A DNA stretch of 59,321 nucleotides from a virus. Of the stretch, positions 56,785 through 59,321 are shown piece by piece (the first letter of the stretch is position 1; each line of letters opens with the position of its first letter). The notes under the pieces were generated by a model. That model was not told the DNA's origin and did not search any database. It saw only the letters and a program-made list of their open reading frames with translations. Where the stretch lies: positions 1-59,321 of IMG/VR virus record IMGVR_UViG_3300022719_000028, one strand, 5' to 3'. Made by a program: the position numbers and the translations under genes.

Positions 56785-59321
56785 CGAGAACAATTTCGGC
56801 GGCATCGCAAACCGAACTCGCAAAACAGAACGGGGCCGAACCGCGATACGTTCTTGAAATCCAATGGGGCGGCGTTACGGGAACGAAGTATTATTCCGAT
56901 GAAGAATTCACGCCAACGGGCGGCGGCTTTACAACCGATGATCGGGTTAATCGTTGGGGCAATCTGAAAGTTCAAGGCAAGCCGGCAAAAGTTGGTTCAA
57001 CAAATTCGTTCAATCTTTCGTTGCGCGATAACGATTTAAGTTTGCGAACGTTGTTCAACTCGAAGCCGGGCGTTCAAGGCAAGATCGCTTACATTCACGT
57101 TTGGTTCAATGGCACGGCTTGGACGGATGCCGTTACCGTTTTCGCCGGGATTATGACTGCGCCGTTTAAGTTCAACGAACGTTCGGTTGATTGGCAAGTT
57201 ACGTTGACGGGCATCGAAAAACATTTTGATCGTTCGATTGGCTTTCCAATTACGCGGCAAGTTTTCCCGGAAGTTGTTTGCGATGATTGCGAAGGAAAAA
57301 TCATTCCTATCGTTTACGGGAATCCGGTCAATCGCGTTCCGGCATGTTTGATCGATAGGCCGGGCAAAGGTTTTTTATCTCAAGTTTTCCGGCATACTGA
57401 CACCGCGCTTTATCTGAGTGATACGGCGGCGAACCTCGGCTTCACTTCCGGAACGTCAATTGATTTGATGATTGGCTATCCGAACAATTATGAAATCGTT
57501 ACCGGAAGCTTTGCCGATGGAAATACAAATGAATTCATCTGGACTTCGCGAAGTAAGATTTTGCAGGCCGGAACATCGGACGGCGATGTAAACGTTGACG
57601 GCTTCACTCATTCGGCCGTTCCGAAAAGCGATTTTTCAAATCCGCATATTTCGCGGGCCGGGCATTTGATTTCTTGGTATCTCGACAACGACAACGGCGG
57701 CGAAGAATGGTTTACGTTTTTCATTACGAAATGGAAAGCGCCGTTCAATATCAACATTGCCGTTCATCCGGAACCGGACATTCCAAGCGGCGGAACCGGG
57801 GCCGGGGATCCTTATCGCGTTTGGGCGGATCCGGGCGTTGTTCCATATTGGCCGGCCGGAACTCCGGTTTTCGAAACAGGCGATTGGAAATACGTTGTCA
57901 ATTTCTTTCCGTCAAAAGAAGTTCAAAAAGTTGAAGCGCGCGGAAGCGAACAAAGCGCAAACGAAAGCGAACAAGTTTATCACGAATACAATTCATCGAC
58001 TTATACCGTCAATTTGAACGATACGGATTACAATACCGATCTTGGACGGGCGGGATCCGATCCGGGAATCACAACGATTTCTGTGAACTCTCCACCGTCA
58101 CAACTCGGATTCAATGAAGAAACGATATGGGTAACACTGGTCGGAACAACCGATGATGAAACCGATACCGGAACGCCGTTGGAAAAAGGCCCGGAAATCA
58201 TCGAACATATTTTAACTTCGGAATGGTTGGGCAACATCGGCGCGGGGTTCATTGATTCGGCGGCATTCGCGGCGGCAACAACGGCCGTTGCCGAAAAAAT
58301 GCAAATGGCAATTTTGGATGAAGTAAACATTCATAAGCTTGCCGGGGATCTCGCGTTTCAAAGTTTCTGTTTATACTTTTGGGATCTTGGTCAAGCTTCG
58401 ATCAAACAAATCAAAAACGATTTGAGCGCGGAAACATCGGAAGCAACTTACACGCAAACCGATAAAACGCACGCAAGCGAATCGCCTTTAGTTCTCTCGC
58501 AACCGTCAATCGAAAACATTTATACCGAACTTCTCGCGACGATGAAGACGGCTATCAGTTCGCCGGAATCGAAATTGTTCCGGCGTTCTCCGGATGCAAT
58601 CGCGGCGTTCGGGAAGCGGCGAAAAACTATTGATCTTTGGGCGTATCAAAACGCCGAATACGTTTCGGATATCGCGGAAGATTGGCTTTCGTATTATCTC
58701 GGATTTCAACAAATGGTTGAATTCACGGCGCGGCTGAATGCGTTGGAACGGCAACCGGGCGACGTTATCACCGCGAACTTTTCCGATGGGAATTCAAACA
58801 ACATCATCAACGAAAAAGTTCGAATCGTTGGCGTTTCTCACACGTTCGGCAAAGCCGGCGAATCAACGGATCGAATCAAACTGGATTGCGAATATGCGCT
58901 TTGGTCATATTCGATTGAAGCCGTTACCTATACGAACGAAGATTGCAACGTTGAAGTTCCGGTTGAAACTTCGGATCCATCAACAACAACAACTTCAAGT
59001 TCAACAGACTCGACAACGACAACGACAACGACAACAACAACAACAACTTCGGAAACCACCGAATCAACAACGACCGAATCAACAACTTCGGGCGAAGAAA
59101 CAACGACCACAACAACGACAACCACCACCACAACAACGACAAGTTCAACATCGGGCGGCGGCGGAACCACAACGACCACAACAACGACAACCACCACCAC
59201 CACGACCACGACCACGACAACGACAACGACAACCACGACAACAACGACAACGACAACTTCAACTTCAAGCGGCGGCGGAAGCGGAAGCGGAAGCGGCGGC
59301 GGAACCACCACGACCACGACC
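56781..59321 (+). CDS. tail-tip / host-specificity protein (gpJ-like), 5' part; continues at 138-293 if the genome is circularised
   Basis: ATGA overlap with the tape measure stop. Open for 847 codons to the last base of the window. N-terminus TELAKQNGAEPRYVLEIQWGG is typical of tail-tip proteins. The C-terminus becomes poly-Thr/Ser/Gly. Confidence 0.7.
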   Translation, partial: MTRTISAASQTELAKQNGAEPRYVLEIQWGGVTGTKYYSDEEFTPTGGGFTTDDRVNRWGNLKVQGKPAKVGSTNSFNLSLRDNDLSLRTLFNSKPGVQGKIAYIHVWFNGTAWTDAVTVFAGIMTAPFKFNERSVDWQVTLTGIEKHFDRSIGFPITRQVFPEVVCDDCEGKIIPIVYGNPVNRVPACLIDRPGKGFLSQVFRHTDTALYLSDTAANLGFTSGTSIDLMIGYPNNYEIVTGSFADGNTNEFIWTSRSKILQAGTSDGDVNVDGFTHSAVPKSDFSNPHISRAGHLISWYLDNDNGGEEWFTFFITKWKAPFNINIAVHPEPDIPSGGTGAGDPYRVWADPGVVPYWPAGTPVFETGDWKYVVNFFPSKEVQKVEARGSEQSANESEQVYHEYNSSTYTVNLNDTDYNTDLGRAGSDPGITTISVNSPPSQLGFNEETIWVTLVGTTDDETDTGTPLEKGPEIIEHILTSEWLGNIGAGFIDSAAFAAATTAVAEKMQMAILDEVNIHKLAGDLAFQSFCLYFWDLGQASIKQIKNDLSAETSEATYTQTDKTHASESPLVLSQPSIENIYTELLATMKTAISSPESKLFRRSPDAIAAFGKRRKTIDLWAYQNAEYVSDIAEDWLSYYLGFQQMVEFTARLNALERQPGDVITANFSDGNSNNIINEKVRIVGVSHTFGKAGESTDRIKLDCEYALWSYSIEAVTYTNEDCNVEVPVETSDPSTTTTSSSTDSTTTTTTTTTTTTSETTESTTTESTTSGEETTTTTTTTTTTTTTSSTSGGGGTTTTTTTTTTTTTTTTTTTTTTTTTTTTTTTSTSSGGGSGSGSGGGTTTTTT
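58978..59321 (+). repeat. low-complexity coding repeat (ACN/TCN/GGN; poly-Thr blocks separated by Ser/Gly linkers), continued at 3-280
   Basis: Runs of ACG ACA ACC ACT codons interrupted by AGC GGC GGC GGA AGC GGA AGC units. Confidence 0.9.
59196..59321. repeat. 126-bp terminal direct repeat (identical to nt 12-137)
   Basis: By-eye alignment of the two window ends. Consistent with a circularised or terminally redundant phage contig broken inside the poly-Thr repeat. Confidence 0.75.

Noticed and set aside
58928-59317. 129-aa poly-Val ORF and 114-aa Leu/Ser/Trp-rich ORF on the minus strand
   Set aside because: They are reverse-complement readings of the poly-Thr (ACN) coding repeat of the tail-tip gene and are not independent genes.
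1-59321. Search for lysogeny or mobility functions (integrase, excisionase, CI/Cro-type repressor, transposase, att-like repeats other than the terminal overlap)
   Set aside because: None was recognised by motif. The RHH protein is the only repressor-like candidate. A temperate lifestyle therefore cannot be claimed from this sequence.

Overview
The window reads as one nearly complete tailed-phage genome of about 59.2 kb. Nt 12-137 repeat nt 59196-59321, and the last ORF runs in frame across that junction. Every credible gene (about 95) is on the + strand. The long minus-strand ORFs are antisense shadows.

Layout:
- 3-293: 3' end of a poly-Thr tail-tip gene.
- 321-2592: GNAT/GT2 fusion plus a second GT2 glycosyltransferase.
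- 2576-6120: early genes arranged as repeated promoter/leader/terminator cassettes.
- 6121-6685: structured non-coding region.
- 6686-11566: operon with two N6-adenine DNA methyltransferases, a PD-(D/E)XK-like nuclease, a sulfotransferase and two more glycosyltransferases.
- 11563-13447: more early cassettes.
- 13444-14330: regulatory hub with a terminator-ended non-coding RNA candidate, an RHH protein and a CsrA homologue.
- 14579-21093: recombination module (SMC-like ATPase, YqaJ exonuclease, RecT, RuvC-like resolvase).
- 21994-25497: envelope/lysis-like module with a permuted papain-fold peptidase, a matrixin (MMP-like) protease with a cysteine switch, and a signal-anchored SAM methyltransferase.
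- 25603-34782: small accessory genes, many with zinc ribbons.
- 35047-59321: morphogenesis genes (TerS candidate, TerL, portal, MuF fusion, prohead protease, HK97-type capsid, connectors, tail tube, G/GT chaperone with an A_AAA_AAG slip site, tape measure, tail tip).

No tRNA, rRNA, CRISPR array, integrase, DNA polymerase, helicase or primase was recognised.

Most interesting signals:
1. Eight copies of an early promoter share TGATATCA dyads and a covarying leader hairpin. A hub encodes an RNA with perfect antisense matches to the two conserved translation-initiation leaders, directly upstream of an RHH gene and a phage csrA. Together these look like a multi-layer early-gene shut-off system.
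2. At least ten intrinsic terminators are followed within 10-25 nt by the next RBS with no promoter between them. This implies read-through or antitermination control.
3. A GNAT/GT/sulfotransferase gene set lies next to a mucin-like poly-Thr tail protein, which suggests virion O-glycosylation and possibly sulfation.

All functional calls come from motif recognition by eye. No database search was run.
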